A stretch of 64,000 nt of DNA from an uncultured Candidatus Poseidoniales archaeon. GTDB taxonomy: Archaea; Thermoplasmatota; Poseidoniia; Poseidoniales; Poseidoniaceae. Under the pieces are notes generated by a model. That model searched no databases. It was not told the DNA's origin and saw nothing but the letters and a program-made list of their open reading frames with translations. Position 1 is the first letter of the stretch, and each line of letters opens with the position of its first letter. The position numbers and the translations under genes are program-made. The stretch lies in the NCBI GenBank assembly GCA_000246735.1, contig CM001443.1:143669-207668 (forward strand), written 5' to 3'. This document shows, piece after piece, positions 37,569 through 46,579 of this stretch.

Positions 37569-40500
37569 ATGCGGCGGGCTATTGTGATGGTATTGCTGCT
37601 TTTCTTGCCGGCAGCAAACGCTTACGTCGCCCCAGAAGATTTGCCCGATGAACCCTCTATGGAGTTCGCCGGAGAGGTTTTACTCACCCTCCATGAAGGT
37701 GTTTGGACCCATGAGGCATGGTCGTCGCTTCATGAAAATGGCGTTCACCCACTACGAGTTGTGTCACCAACTGAATTGGTTGGTTGGCACGATGGTTGGA
37801 TAAAATCACCATCTTACACCGTTTCACCTTCTCCAGAAGCGGTTTGGAAAACGGGGCTTGATGGTCGAAGCCCTGTTGTTGGTGACTTCGTTCGATTGTT
37901 GCTTGAGCCACGACTCCCGGACAGTGCTTACGACGGTTTGCGGGGGCAGCTATCTGCTGTTGGGATCTCGCTTCCAAACCAATACACCCCTTCACCGCTG
38001 GCACCTTCCTATCTTGTTGAATGGCCAGGTGAACTTTCGCTTTCAGATACTCTCGGGTTTGAGGGCATCTTATGGATTGAACCTGTGCTTGAAACTCAAG
38101 CAAGGAACGCACAATCCTCTTCACTCATGCAATCTGGAATCATTTCTGGGCACGCAGCATGGTCCCTCGGACTCAACGGAGCCGGCGTGGTTGTCGGAGC
38201 TGCAGACTCTGGACTCGATGCAGACCATGCATGCTTCCGAAACGCGTCGGTTGCGGGCGCTGTAGGGAGCAGTGGTGAGAACGGGAGTGAACTCGTCGGC
38301 GAAGGTGGACCGGACCATCGAAAGATGGTTTTCTTGAACACGACGATTGACGGCGGAGACACACAAGGGCACTCGGACTATCGACACGGAACACATGTTG
38401 CTGGCACGCTTAGTTGCTACAATGTTGACAGTGAGCGCCAAGGCACTTTTCCAGATAACGGATCGGCTTTGGCTCACGGAACACGGCTCGTGATGCAAGA
38501 CATCGTTTCGAGTGATGGATGGGTGCCGCCTGACGTTGATGCGTTGCTTGTTGAAGCAGGGTTGCATGGCGCCGTCATTCATTCCAACTCATGGGGTGAT
38601 GACACAACCGCATACACAGCGCGAACGTCTGATTTTGATGCGTGGGCCCTTGCTATGCCCTGGTCCCTCTCCTTCATCGCCCCGGGAAACACCGGTTCAG
38701 ACCTGCTCGAGCCTGCAAACGGCAGGAACATTGCCGCCATAGGAGCTTCAGTGAAATCGGCTGAAATGGAACGCTGGAGTGCGTCTTCGACTGGCCCTAC
38801 TGAAGCAGGCACAAATGGAATTTTTGCCCTTGCAGTCGGTACTTCGATTCAGTCTGCGAGGGCAGACGGCATCGCCGACTCTTACAACAGCGGCCTACGA
38901 ACGTCTTCAGGCACCAGCATGGCGACACCTGGGGCGGCTGGTGTGGCCGCAATAATTCAACAGATGGTGGAACAAGGATGGATCTCTGGCAACGAGGTGC
39001 GCACGAATTCATCCATGTCGGCCATCGCCCCCAACTGGAGCGTGGAGGACTATGGCAATGCCTCACTTCTCCTTGCTGAAGGGTTCACGCCCTCGGGACC
39101 AATGCTTCGTGCCTTGCTTGCTCTTTCAACAACGCAGCTTCCTGAAGAGGAGCGCAACGGTGGCCAAGGGAGCCTGGACTTACAGAATGTCCACGATGGA
39201 TGGGGGCAACTCAACCTCTCGGCATTGATTGATTTTGATGCTGTTGCAACTGAACTTGCGGAAGGATCCGCTTCACCTGCAAACGATGTCTGGATTCATG
39301 ATGCGTACCGATTGGCCAACGACGCCCCTGCGCATTGGCTTGAACAACGGCAGGCCGGCCTCGAGCCTCTCGAGAATTTGATTGAAAATCCATGGAACGG
39401 GAGCGGCGCAGCCGGCCCGTTCATGCAAACCGGTGATGTTTGGGTCCAGAAATTCACCCTCAGAGGAGGTGAGGGTTTTGATGCGAGAATGGCGCACCTC
39501 GCAGCACCAGAGCCCACTGCAGTCAATGACTTGCAGTTGGTTGCCCGGCTTTCTGATGGGCGGGTTGCTGTCGATGGAGTGTTCGATAACAGTGGTAACT
39601 CTGTTCTGTATTCTTCTTCGGTTGATTTGGACAACCGTACAACTTTCCCCGCAACAAATGAAACAACGCACGGATTGCGGTTAAGCGCCGATGTGCTGAC
39701 GGGCATCGATTGGATTGAGGTTGAAGTGCGCGCTCGATTTGTTGCCCCCGGCAACATTCAGGGTGGCGTTGGCCTCGATGGAACCCACACCGGATTTTCA
39801 CTCGCAATAAAAGGGGTAGAACGTGACACAGACGACTGGGACGACAAGGACGGCGATGGTGTCGCCAACCTCGATGATGCCTGCCCGAATCAGAACGCAT
39901 TTGGGTGGGACCTTGATGTCGATGGGTGTTTAGACGATTTCGATCAAGACGGGGTCACCGATAACCTCGATGTGTGTCCCGAAGAAAACGCACTCGGGTG
40001 GGACCTTAACGCAGACGGTTGCATCGATGATTCTGACGAAGACGGTGTGCTTGACTCAATTGACCAATGTGAGACGTTCGTCCTATCAGCCTCATGGCCT
40101 GTCGATCAAATGGGATGTAGGCCAGTCGACGTTCGCCCAGAGATTACAATTGAGGAAACTCCTGCCGATGATTTCGTTTGGAACGAGCGCCTCGTTCTTC
40201 GATGGTCTGTGACAGATGATGATGGAGATGGGTATCAAACCGGTGCGGAGGTGTTTGTAATTGACAATCGCTCTGATGGTGGCGGTTACATCATCGCATC
40301 GTGTCAAGCAGCATCGAATGCGACTGCTTCCTTCGAGTGCGAATGGGATGCAAGGCAAGATTTACCCGTGTGGAACATCGAGGAGGCGTGGATCCGCTTG
40401 GACATACATGTCCAAAGTACGAACGCCTCGCCGGAAGCAGACAACAGTCGTGTTGTGCTGCAATCTGAAGAGCGTTTCAAAGGCGAATACATCACTGAAT

Positions 40501-40721
40501 TTGACGCGGGTCCGGGCGATGATCTTGGCGTGGATAAGGAGGAAAAAATCTCCTCTTTGAGAACGATCTTCTGGGGTATTCTCTGCCTTGTGGGTGCGTG
40601 CCTCTTTGTCTACAGATTAGGGCAACAAAGCACGCTACCAAAAGATGCTGTAGCTGTACCAATTCCATTTGCCCAGCAAGGGGAAACTGCCAACCTGGGG
40701 CACGATGTCGAAAACGAGTGA
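37569..40721 (+). CDS. Membrane-anchored S8 (subtilisin, KP-43-like) serine protease with thrombospondin type-3-like repeats
   Basis: Signal peptide, triad motifs ADSGLD, HGTHVAG, SGTSMATP, plus HSNSWG; DxDxDG..CP repeats; C-terminal TM helix. Confidence 0.9.
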   Translation: MRRAIVMVLLLFLPAANAYVAPEDLPDEPSMEFAGEVLLTLHEGVWTHEAWSSLHENGVHPLRVVSPTELVGWHDGWIKSPSYTVSPSPEAVWKTGLDGRSPVVGDFVRLLLEPRLPDSAYDGLRGQLSAVGISLPNQYTPSPLAPSYLVEWPGELSLSDTLGFEGILWIEPVLETQARNAQSSSLMQSGIISGHAAWSLGLNGAGVVVGAADSGLDADHACFRNASVAGAVGSSGENGSELVGEGGPDHRKMVFLNTTIDGGDTQGHSDYRHGTHVAGTLSCYNVDSERQGTFPDNGSALAHGTRLVMQDIVSSDGWVPPDVDALLVEAGLHGAVIHSNSWGDDTTAYTARTSDFDAWALAMPWSLSFIAPGNTGSDLLEPANGRNIAAIGASVKSAEMERWSASSTGPTEAGTNGIFALAVGTSIQSARADGIADSYNSGLRTSSGTSMATPGAAGVAAIIQQMVEQGWISGNEVRTNSSMSAIAPNWSVEDYGNASLLLAEGFTPSGPMLRALLALSTTQLPEEERNGGQGSLDLQNVHDGWGQLNLSALIDFDAVATELAEGSASPANDVWIHDAYRLANDAPAHWLEQRQAGLEPLENLIENPWNGSGAAGPFMQTGDVWVQKFTLRGGEGFDARMAHLAAPEPTAVNDLQLVARLSDGRVAVDGVFDNSGNSVLYSSSVDLDNRTTFPATNETTHGLRLSADVLTGIDWIEVEVRARFVAPGNIQGGVGLDGTHTGFSLAIKGVERDTDDWDDKDGDGVANLDDACPNQNAFGWDLDVDGCLDDFDQDGVTDNLDVCPEENALGWDLNADGCIDDSDEDGVLDSIDQCETFVLSASWPVDQMGCRPVDVRPEITIEETPADDFVWNERLVLRWSVTDDDGDGYQTGAEVFVIDNRSDGGGYIIASCQAASNATASFECEWDARQDLPVWNIEEAWIRLDIHVQSTNASPEADNSRVVLQSEERFKGEYITEFDAGPGDDLGVDKEEKISSLRTIFWGILCLVGACLFVYRLGQQSTLPKDAVAVPIPFAQQGETANLGHDVENE
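39840..40070 (+). repeat. Intragenic tandem TSP3-like calcium-binding repeats (about 31 aa, 2.5 copies)
   Basis: DKDGDGVANLDDACPNQNAFGWDLDVDGCLD / DFDQDGVTDNLDVCPEENALGWDLNADGCID / DSDEDGVLDSIDQC. Confidence 0.8.
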
Positions 40722-40809
40722 GATTTGTTCGCAGCATCTCATATCTCGCTTGTTTAGGCCGTTGCTATACAAGGTGAACCTTGAAGGGTGATGGCATGCT
40801 CGGTTGCAT

Positions 40810-40824
40810 GTCCGCAATGCGGAC
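40810..40824. promoter_or_regulatory. Perfect palindrome GTCCGCA-A-TGCGGAC upstream of the actin-like gene
   Basis: 7-1-7 inverted repeat directly before the RBS-like GGTGA (40825-40829) and ATG 40835. Confidence 0.55.
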
Positions 40825-40834
40825 GGTGAACAAA

Positions 40835-41839
40835 ATGAGTGAACGCTTGTATGTTGGAATTGACCTAGGCACCTACCAATCGACTATCTCTTCGAGTGCA
40901 GGCGTTAGCCACACAATCGAAACCGTCGTTGGACGACCAAAAGACCCAGTTGCACGCAACTTCCTCGGTCGCGATGTCTTGTTTGGCAACGAAGCACTCA
41001 AGAACAAACTCGCATGCAACCTTTACCGTCCAATGGCGGCAGGTGTTGCACAAGATGATGAAGCGAACTTGGCAGCAGCCAAGGCCTTTGTTTCCCACCT
41101 GCTCGAGACCGTTGACCCTGAAGAATTCGACGAAGTGTTCGGCGTGATCTGCTCCCCAAGCCACGTTTCATTCACAGACAAGAGCAACCTCGTGGCCACC
41201 CTACGTGGCCAAGTGAACGCCATCATGGTCGTCACAGAACCTTTCGCTACCGCCTACGGAATCGGCGAAATCGCAAGTTCAATTGTTGTCGACATCGGCG
41301 CAGGAACCACCGACATCGCACGAATTTATGGTACATTCCCAACTGATGAAGATCAAGTGACCATCCAAGAAGCCGGCGACTGGCTCGACAACGAACTAAT
41401 GACCTTGATTCAGAAGAAATTCACAGGTGCTCAAATCACAAAGGACATGGTCCGAAAGTGGAAGGAACAAGTCTCCTACGTCGGTGGCGATGTTCGTGAA
41501 GCAACCGTCGAGCTCTCCGTTGAAGGAAAGAAGCAAGTTGTCGATATTGGCGACTTGGTGTCCAAGGCTTGTGAAATGATCGTTCCAAAGATTGGAAATG
41601 CAATCAAGCGAATCGTTGCTGGCGCAGACCCAGAGTATCAACCGGTGCTCCGAAACAACATCATCCTCTCCGGCGGCGGCTCGCTCATCGACGGAATCGC
41701 AGCACGAATGACTGACGAAATCTCAGACATCGGAGACGTCACCGTATGGTGCGTCGAAGACCCAATCAACGCTGTAGCAAACGGTGCTTTGCAACTCGCT
41801 GGCGAAATGCCAGACGACATGTACACCGCCATCAACTGA
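40835..41839 (+). CDS. Actin-like ATPase, MamK/MreB family (MamK-like)
   Basis: Phosphate-1 GIDLGT, VVGRPKD, VTEPFA, phosphate-2 VDIGAGTTD, EDQVT, adenosine LSGGGS, CVEDP..GALQLA. Confidence 0.9.
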   Translation: MSERLYVGIDLGTYQSTISSSAGVSHTIETVVGRPKDPVARNFLGRDVLFGNEALKNKLACNLYRPMAAGVAQDDEANLAAAKAFVSHLLETVDPEEFDEVFGVICSPSHVSFTDKSNLVATLRGQVNAIMVVTEPFATAYGIGEIASSIVVDIGAGTTDIARIYGTFPTDEDQVTIQEAGDWLDNELMTLIQKKFTGAQITKDMVRKWKEQVSYVGGDVREATVELSVEGKKQVVDIGDLVSKACEMIVPKIGNAIKRIVAGADPEYQPVLRNNIILSGGGSLIDGIAARMTDEISDIGDVTVWCVEDPINAVANGALQLAGEMPDDMYTAIN

Positions 41840-41865
41840 GTACGGTTGTTCTCAAAGGGTACAAA

Positions 41866-41888
41866 ACCACCCGTGGTGGTGCTGTTTT
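41866..41888 (+). terminator. Short hairpin ACCACC-CGT-GGTGGT followed by a T-tract after the actin gene
   Basis: Perfect 6-bp stem then GCTGTTTT; possible partial terminator or processing site. Confidence 0.35.
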
Positions 41889-41932
41889 GACTGGGAAAGT
41901 TCAAGTGTGGTTGAGCGTCGATAGACACCTGT

Positions 41933-43198
41933 ATGACCATCGACTCGACTGGGACAAGCGGCATTCGCCGACTCGATGACACATCTGGCGACGAGCGCGC
42001 AGCGCTTGAGGGGATGCTCAAAGGCTACCCTGTCGAGCAACTTGTCGAGGAGGTGTTGATTGCATGGCAAGAACTTGCGGCACGAAACGAAGAGATGGTT
42101 TCGGTCAAACAAAGACTCCGCGTGCTCGAATTAGATCTGGCAGAGCGAGAAGACATGGTTGCGCCTGAAGTTGCTCGCCTGAATCAAGTAGAAGCGAGTT
42201 TGCAAGAAGGTGAAGCAAAAATCATCCACTTGGAACGACTGCTCGGTGACGCTCGTGCTGAACTTGCGAGCCAACAATCATCCATTTCACAAGAAGAACG
42301 CGATGCAATGTCAAATGAGAACTCACAACTTCGTGACCTTTCAATCCAACAGGATGAGGTCATCGCTGAACTTGAGGGGCGCATTGGCCAGATGGTTGAG
42401 GCGCTCGAGCGAGCGGCAGAAGCCGGTCTGACATCTGTCACGGCTGAAGAGGTACGAAGCCTCAAGTCAAAACTCGATGCTGCACTCATGCAAAATGAAG
42501 CAGAACAATCGGCAAACAAGGCGCTGGAGGAGGAACGACAACGGCTCAGAGATATTGCCGACAGGTTGCGCGGCCTTCTTGACGCACGCGACGGTCGACT
42601 CGGTGAATTAGAAGAACAGTTGGAACGGGTGATGCAAGGGCCGCGCTCAGTGTCGGCTGAACACGACTATCTCGTCGAACAAATTGAAGAATTAAAGCGA
42701 CGTTTGCTTGAACGAAACCGTGAGTATGAATCCCTTCGCCGACGTGAAAGACGTCTGCACAATGATGTCTTTGAGCGGGACGAAAGAGTGCAACAAATCA
42801 CACTGACGCTCACAGATATGGAAGCGGCATTGCAAGATCGAACGGCTGAACTTCGCGAATTGGAAGGTCAGCGCGAATCAATGTCTCATGAATTGGATTC
42901 CGTCCGCCGAGGCGAACGCACCAGAGAAGTGGTTGGCCGCGTGTTTGCTGATTCACTCTCACTTGTGCGCACTCATGATGCTCGTGAAGCAAAGCGTGAG
43001 GCTTACAGCAACGAACCTGACAAGACAAGGACCCTTTCCACTCCAAACACGAGTGATATGGCTGGCCTTGCTGAAGGTGGAAAGGTGAGCCTCTCTGTTG
43101 AAGAAACTGATATTACGCCCGGCATGGATGTTGATGGGGTTCGCCCTCCATCACCCGGCGGTACCGGCGATCCTGTGCTCTTCGAAGACGAGGATTGA
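41933..43198 (+). CDS. Long coiled-coil protein with acidic disordered tail
   Basis: About 300 aa of E/L/R/Q-rich heptad pattern almost free of Pro; tail ends PVLFEDED; no ATPase motif. Confidence 0.85.
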   Translation: MTIDSTGTSGIRRLDDTSGDERAALEGMLKGYPVEQLVEEVLIAWQELAARNEEMVSVKQRLRVLELDLAEREDMVAPEVARLNQVEASLQEGEAKIIHLERLLGDARAELASQQSSISQEERDAMSNENSQLRDLSIQQDEVIAELEGRIGQMVEALERAAEAGLTSVTAEEVRSLKSKLDAALMQNEAEQSANKALEEERQRLRDIADRLRGLLDARDGRLGELEEQLERVMQGPRSVSAEHDYLVEQIEELKRRLLERNREYESLRRRERRLHNDVFERDERVQQITLTLTDMEAALQDRTAELRELEGQRESMSHELDSVRRGERTREVVGRVFADSLSLVRTHDAREAKREAYSNEPDKTRTLSTPNTSDMAGLAEGGKVSLSVEETDITPGMDVDGVRPPSPGGTGDPVLFEDED

Positions 43199-43203
43199 GC
43201 GGA

Positions 43204-43797
43204 ATGGCTGCTTTTAGTGGCCTTGTCGCTATCTCATTAGGACTGGGCCTTGCTGCTGCAAGCGGATTTCGGGTCTTTCTCCCTCCTATGTTGTTGAGCG
43301 GCGCAATCAACGTTGGACTGATCGAAGCCTCCGGCCAACTCGCCTTGCTTGATGGATGGGGTGCGTTTTCTGTTTTGTTGATCGCCGTTGTCCTCGAAAT
43401 TGGCTCTTACCTCATTCCGTGGCTCGACAATCTTCTGGATGTGGTGGCAACCCCCACTGCAGTCCTTGCAGGTGTTGGCCTAATGGGTTCTGTCATCGGC
43501 GCTGAAACCGATTACGACCCCATCGTGCAGTGGGCCATTGCAGCCATTGGTGGGGGCGGGGTCGCTGGAACTGTACAGACTGGAACCGTTGCAACACGCG
43601 CCCTTTCAACCGGCACCACTGGTGGACTTGCTAACCCAATCATTTCCGTGGTTGAGGCGGTGATGGCAATCGTCGTCACCGTTCTTGCCCTTCTGGCCCC
43701 GTTGCTTTGCCTTGCGTTGGTTTGCGTCGGCAGCATCTACGCGTTGCGAGTGATTGGAAGGGTACGAAGCAAACCAAACGCTGCCCCCTTGGCGTAG
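43204..43797 (+). CDS. DUF4126-family membrane protein
   Basis: GLGLAAASGFRVFLP, EIGSYLIPWLDNLLD, STGTTGGLANPIISVVE. Confidence 0.85.
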   Translation: MAAFSGLVAISLGLGLAAASGFRVFLPPMLLSGAINVGLIEASGQLALLDGWGAFSVLLIAVVLEIGSYLIPWLDNLLDVVATPTAVLAGVGLMGSVIGAETDYDPIVQWAIAAIGGGGVAGTVQTGTVATRALSTGTTGGLANPIISVVEAVMAIVVTVLALLAPLLCLALVCVGSIYALRVIGRVRSKPNAAPLA

Positions 43798-43799
43798 CC

Positions 43800-44684
43800 T
43801 TAGTTGATGGCGTTGACGACTGCGCTGATGCGGGCCCTCAGTTCCTCAAGATTTGCCGCATCTTCAGTGAGTGTGCCGGTTACAATCCAATCTGCCCCCG
43901 CATCTGCGGCTCGCTTGGCTTGTTCTGGGCTTCGAATGCCGCCGCCAATGACGAGCGTGAGCCCATCGACGGTGCGTGCCCGCTCGATTAGTTCGGGATT
44001 GACTTGGTTTGAAGCTCCGCTGCCTGCCTCGAGGTAAAGGAGTTTGAATCCATACATTTGAGCGGTGAGCGCATAAGCATGGACCAAATCATGATCGTTT
44101 GGTTGAATCAATTCTGCCGCACCGACTTCACCTACACGGCCTCCGGGAGCGCAAACGACGTACCCTGTTGGAAGCGCTTCAACGCCGAATTTTTGGAGAT
44201 ACGGAGCACCACGGACTTGTTCACCAACAAGGAATCGGCGTTCGGTTGAATTCATCAGCATCATGAATGTGATAGCATCTGCGGCGGGGGAGAGTGCATG
44301 CGCACCGCCGGGGAACAATACGACCGGAATCTGCCACATTGTCTCATCGCCATCGGGGTCTTGACTTGCGGCGAAGGCTCGAAGTTCAAACGCTTCTTGA
44401 ATCGCAACGCAGGTTGCATGAACCACTTCATCGGGTGTATCTGTGGAGCCACCGATAAAAATCATCGCTGAGCCCGCCTCGATTGCCACCATGGCGCGGT
44501 TCGCTGCAGTGTTTGGATCCTGTTTTGCAGGGTCGATTAAGGTCACGTGGCGGGTTTTTCCATGACAGTTGGTGGTGTATTCGAGCGTGGTTTCTTCACT
44601 GCGTCGCATGGCTATCCCACCTGCCGGTTTTGCGGCCACAGCATAGGGGTTACGCATCATCAGTTCGCATACGCCCGAATCCAT
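43800..44684 (-). CDS. Geranylgeranylglyceryl phosphate synthase (group II)
   Basis: TLIDPAK, IGGST, LFPG, MLMNS, YLEAGSGA, IGGGIR, IVTGT; true start probably 44660 or 44609. Confidence 0.9.
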   Translation of the reverse strand: MDSGVCELMMRNPYAVAAKPAGGIAMRRSEETTLEYTTNCHGKTRHVTLIDPAKQDPNTAANRAMVAIEAGSAMIFIGGSTDTPDEVVHATCVAIQEAFELRAFAASQDPDGDETMWQIPVVLFPGGAHALSPAADAITFMMLMNSTERRFLVGEQVRGAPYLQKFGVEALPTGYVVCAPGGRVGEVGAAELIQPNDHDLVHAYALTAQMYGFKLLYLEAGSGASNQVNPELIERARTVDGLTLVIGGGIRSPEQAKRAADAGADWIVTGTLTEDAANLEELRARISAVVNAIN

Positions 44685-44717
44685 AGACTACTCAAACCCC
44701 GCCGTCGTGGCCGAAGC

Positions 44718-46517
44718 ATGGCAGAATCTGGGCCCTTCCGTCGATTGCTTGGCCACGTGAGTGGGCACAAGGGTACAATTCGTCTGGCGTCACTGTGTTC
44801 GGTCACAAACAAAATTTGGGACTTAGCCCCTCCCTTGTTGATTGGATTGGCTGTCGACGTCGTGGTTGAACGGGACGATTCCTTTCTCGCCTCCCTTGGC
44901 ATCCCCGACCCATGGCACCAGCTGATTCTTCTTTCGGTGCTCACCTTCGCCATATGGGGTCTTGAGTCGCTGTTCGAATATTTCTACGGCGTCTTGTGGC
45001 GGAACCTTGCTCAAACAGTTCAACACGAATTGCGCCTCGATACGTTTGCTCATGTACAGAGGCAGGGAATGGGTTGGTTTGATGAACGACAAAAAGGCGA
45101 CATTCTTGCCATTCTCAACGATGACATCAATCAACTCGAGCGCTTTCTCGACAAGGGGGCCAATGATTTACTCCAAGTTTCGACCACCGTCGTCGTTGTA
45201 GGAGCCGTCTTCATTGCCATTTCGTGGCAAGTAGCCCTGTTCGCAGTCCTACCGATTCCAATCATCGTATGGGGATCATTCCGATACCAGCGCAGTTTAG
45301 AGCCACGGTATGCCGAGGTTCGAAAGTCAGCGGGTGCGATGAATGCCCTCCTTGAGAACGATTTGTCTGGTATGTCGACCATACAGTCATTCACAGCAGA
45401 AGATCGTGAAATCAAGCGAGTTGAAGCGCTGAGCAACGTGTACCGCGAGTCAAACCGTCAAGCCATCCGACTTTCTGCCGCCTTTACGCCGCTGATTCGA
45501 ATGGCCATTCTCTGTGGATTCACTGCGACGCTCTTGCTTGGAGGATGGATGACTCTTGAAGACGAATTGGCAGTTGGGGCCTATTCTGTTCTTGTGTTCA
45601 TGACGCAGCGTTTGTTGTGGCCGCTCACCCGCTTAGGCGAAACATTCGATCTTTACCAGCGAGCGATGGCTTCTTCCACCCGTGTGCTTGACGTGCTCAC
45701 TTCACCGACTGAAGTTGTTCATGGTGAATTCACGCCTGAAGACTCAATCATTGAGGCTTCGCCAATAATTTTCAAAGATGTTGATTTCTCGTACCCTGGA
45801 CGTGAACCTGTCTTTACAGGCTTAAACTTAGAATTGAGAGCTGGTGAGACTGTTGGTGTTGTCGGTTCAACGGGTGCCGGAAAAACAACCCTCATTCGAC
45901 TGCTTCTTCGATTCGCAGAACCAACGGGCGGCTCGATTCTTTGGGCTGAACGCCCTTTGCCAGAATGGTCGTTGTCGCGTCTGCGTTCTTCGATGGCGCT
46001 CGTCGATCAGCACATCACTCTGTTTCCAACAACAATCCTTGAAAACATACGTTATGGAAATCCAAACGCTCCCGATGAGGCCGTCTACGAATCTGCAAAA
46101 CTAGCAGAGGTAACTGAGTTCGTCGAGGCACTCCCTGAGGCATGGGCGACCTTGGTCGGCGAGGGGGGCCACCGACTCTCTGGCGGCCAACGTCAACGGC
46201 TTGCTATCGCTCGAGCGGTGCTCAAGGATGCCCCATTGCTCATCCTCGACGAAGCAACTTCAGCGGTCGATAATGAGACCGAGGCGGCCTTGCAACGCTC
46301 CATCAACAAAATCACCCAAGGCCGAACAGCGGTCATTATTGCACACAGACTCTCAACTGTTCGAAATGCAGACAGGATCCTCGTGCTCGAAAATGGTGGT
46401 ATCCGCGAGGATGGGAGCCATGATGAACTCGTGAAAATTGGTGGAACTTATTCCAGAATGTGGGCGGTTCAAACTGGGCAGAATAATGGACTGCGTCCGA
46501 TAAAAGCCATTTTGTAA
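44718..46517 (+). CDS. ABC exporter, fused permease/ATPase
   Basis: TM domain, Walker A GSTGAGKT, LSGGQRQR, LILDEATSAVD, IAHRLST. Confidence 0.92.
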   Translation: MAESGPFRRLLGHVSGHKGTIRLASLCSVTNKIWDLAPPLLIGLAVDVVVERDDSFLASLGIPDPWHQLILLSVLTFAIWGLESLFEYFYGVLWRNLAQTVQHELRLDTFAHVQRQGMGWFDERQKGDILAILNDDINQLERFLDKGANDLLQVSTTVVVVGAVFIAISWQVALFAVLPIPIIVWGSFRYQRSLEPRYAEVRKSAGAMNALLENDLSGMSTIQSFTAEDREIKRVEALSNVYRESNRQAIRLSAAFTPLIRMAILCGFTATLLLGGWMTLEDELAVGAYSVLVFMTQRLLWPLTRLGETFDLYQRAMASSTRVLDVLTSPTEVVHGEFTPEDSIIEASPIIFKDVDFSYPGREPVFTGLNLELRAGETVGVVGSTGAGKTTLIRLLLRFAEPTGGSILWAERPLPEWSLSRLRSSMALVDQHITLFPTTILENIRYGNPNAPDEAVYESAKLAEVTEFVEALPEAWATLVGEGGHRLSGGQRQRLAIARAVLKDAPLLILDEATSAVDNETEAALQRSINKITQGRTAVIIAHRLSTVRNADRILVLENGGIREDGSHDELVKIGGTYSRMWAVQTGQNNGLRPIKAIL

Positions 46518-46551
46518 GAAAAAGTGTTCTTTTACGGACAATTACAGGCTA

Positions 46552-46560
46552 TTATAAGTA
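46552..46560 (+). promoter_or_regulatory. TATA box TTATAAGTA of the rhodopsin gene
   Basis: Near-canonical archaeal TATA starting 28 nt upstream of ATG 46580, consistent with a leaderless or short-leader transcript. Confidence 0.6.
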
Positions 46561-46579
46561 AAATGGAGGCGTGCGGGGG

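Noticed and set aside
39840-40070. Tandem DNA repeats as a CRISPR-like array
   Set aside because: Degenerate, in-frame protein repeats (TSP3-like) inside the protease; no identical repeats with unique spacers and no cas genes
41933-43198. SMC/Rad50 chromosome segregation ATPase
   Set aside because: No Walker A/B, hinge or zinc-hook motif; only generic coiled coil
40835-43797. Magnetosome gene island suggested by the MamK-like actin
   Set aside because: No mamA/B/E/I/M/Q-like, CDF transporter or magnetochrome CxxCH genes in the window
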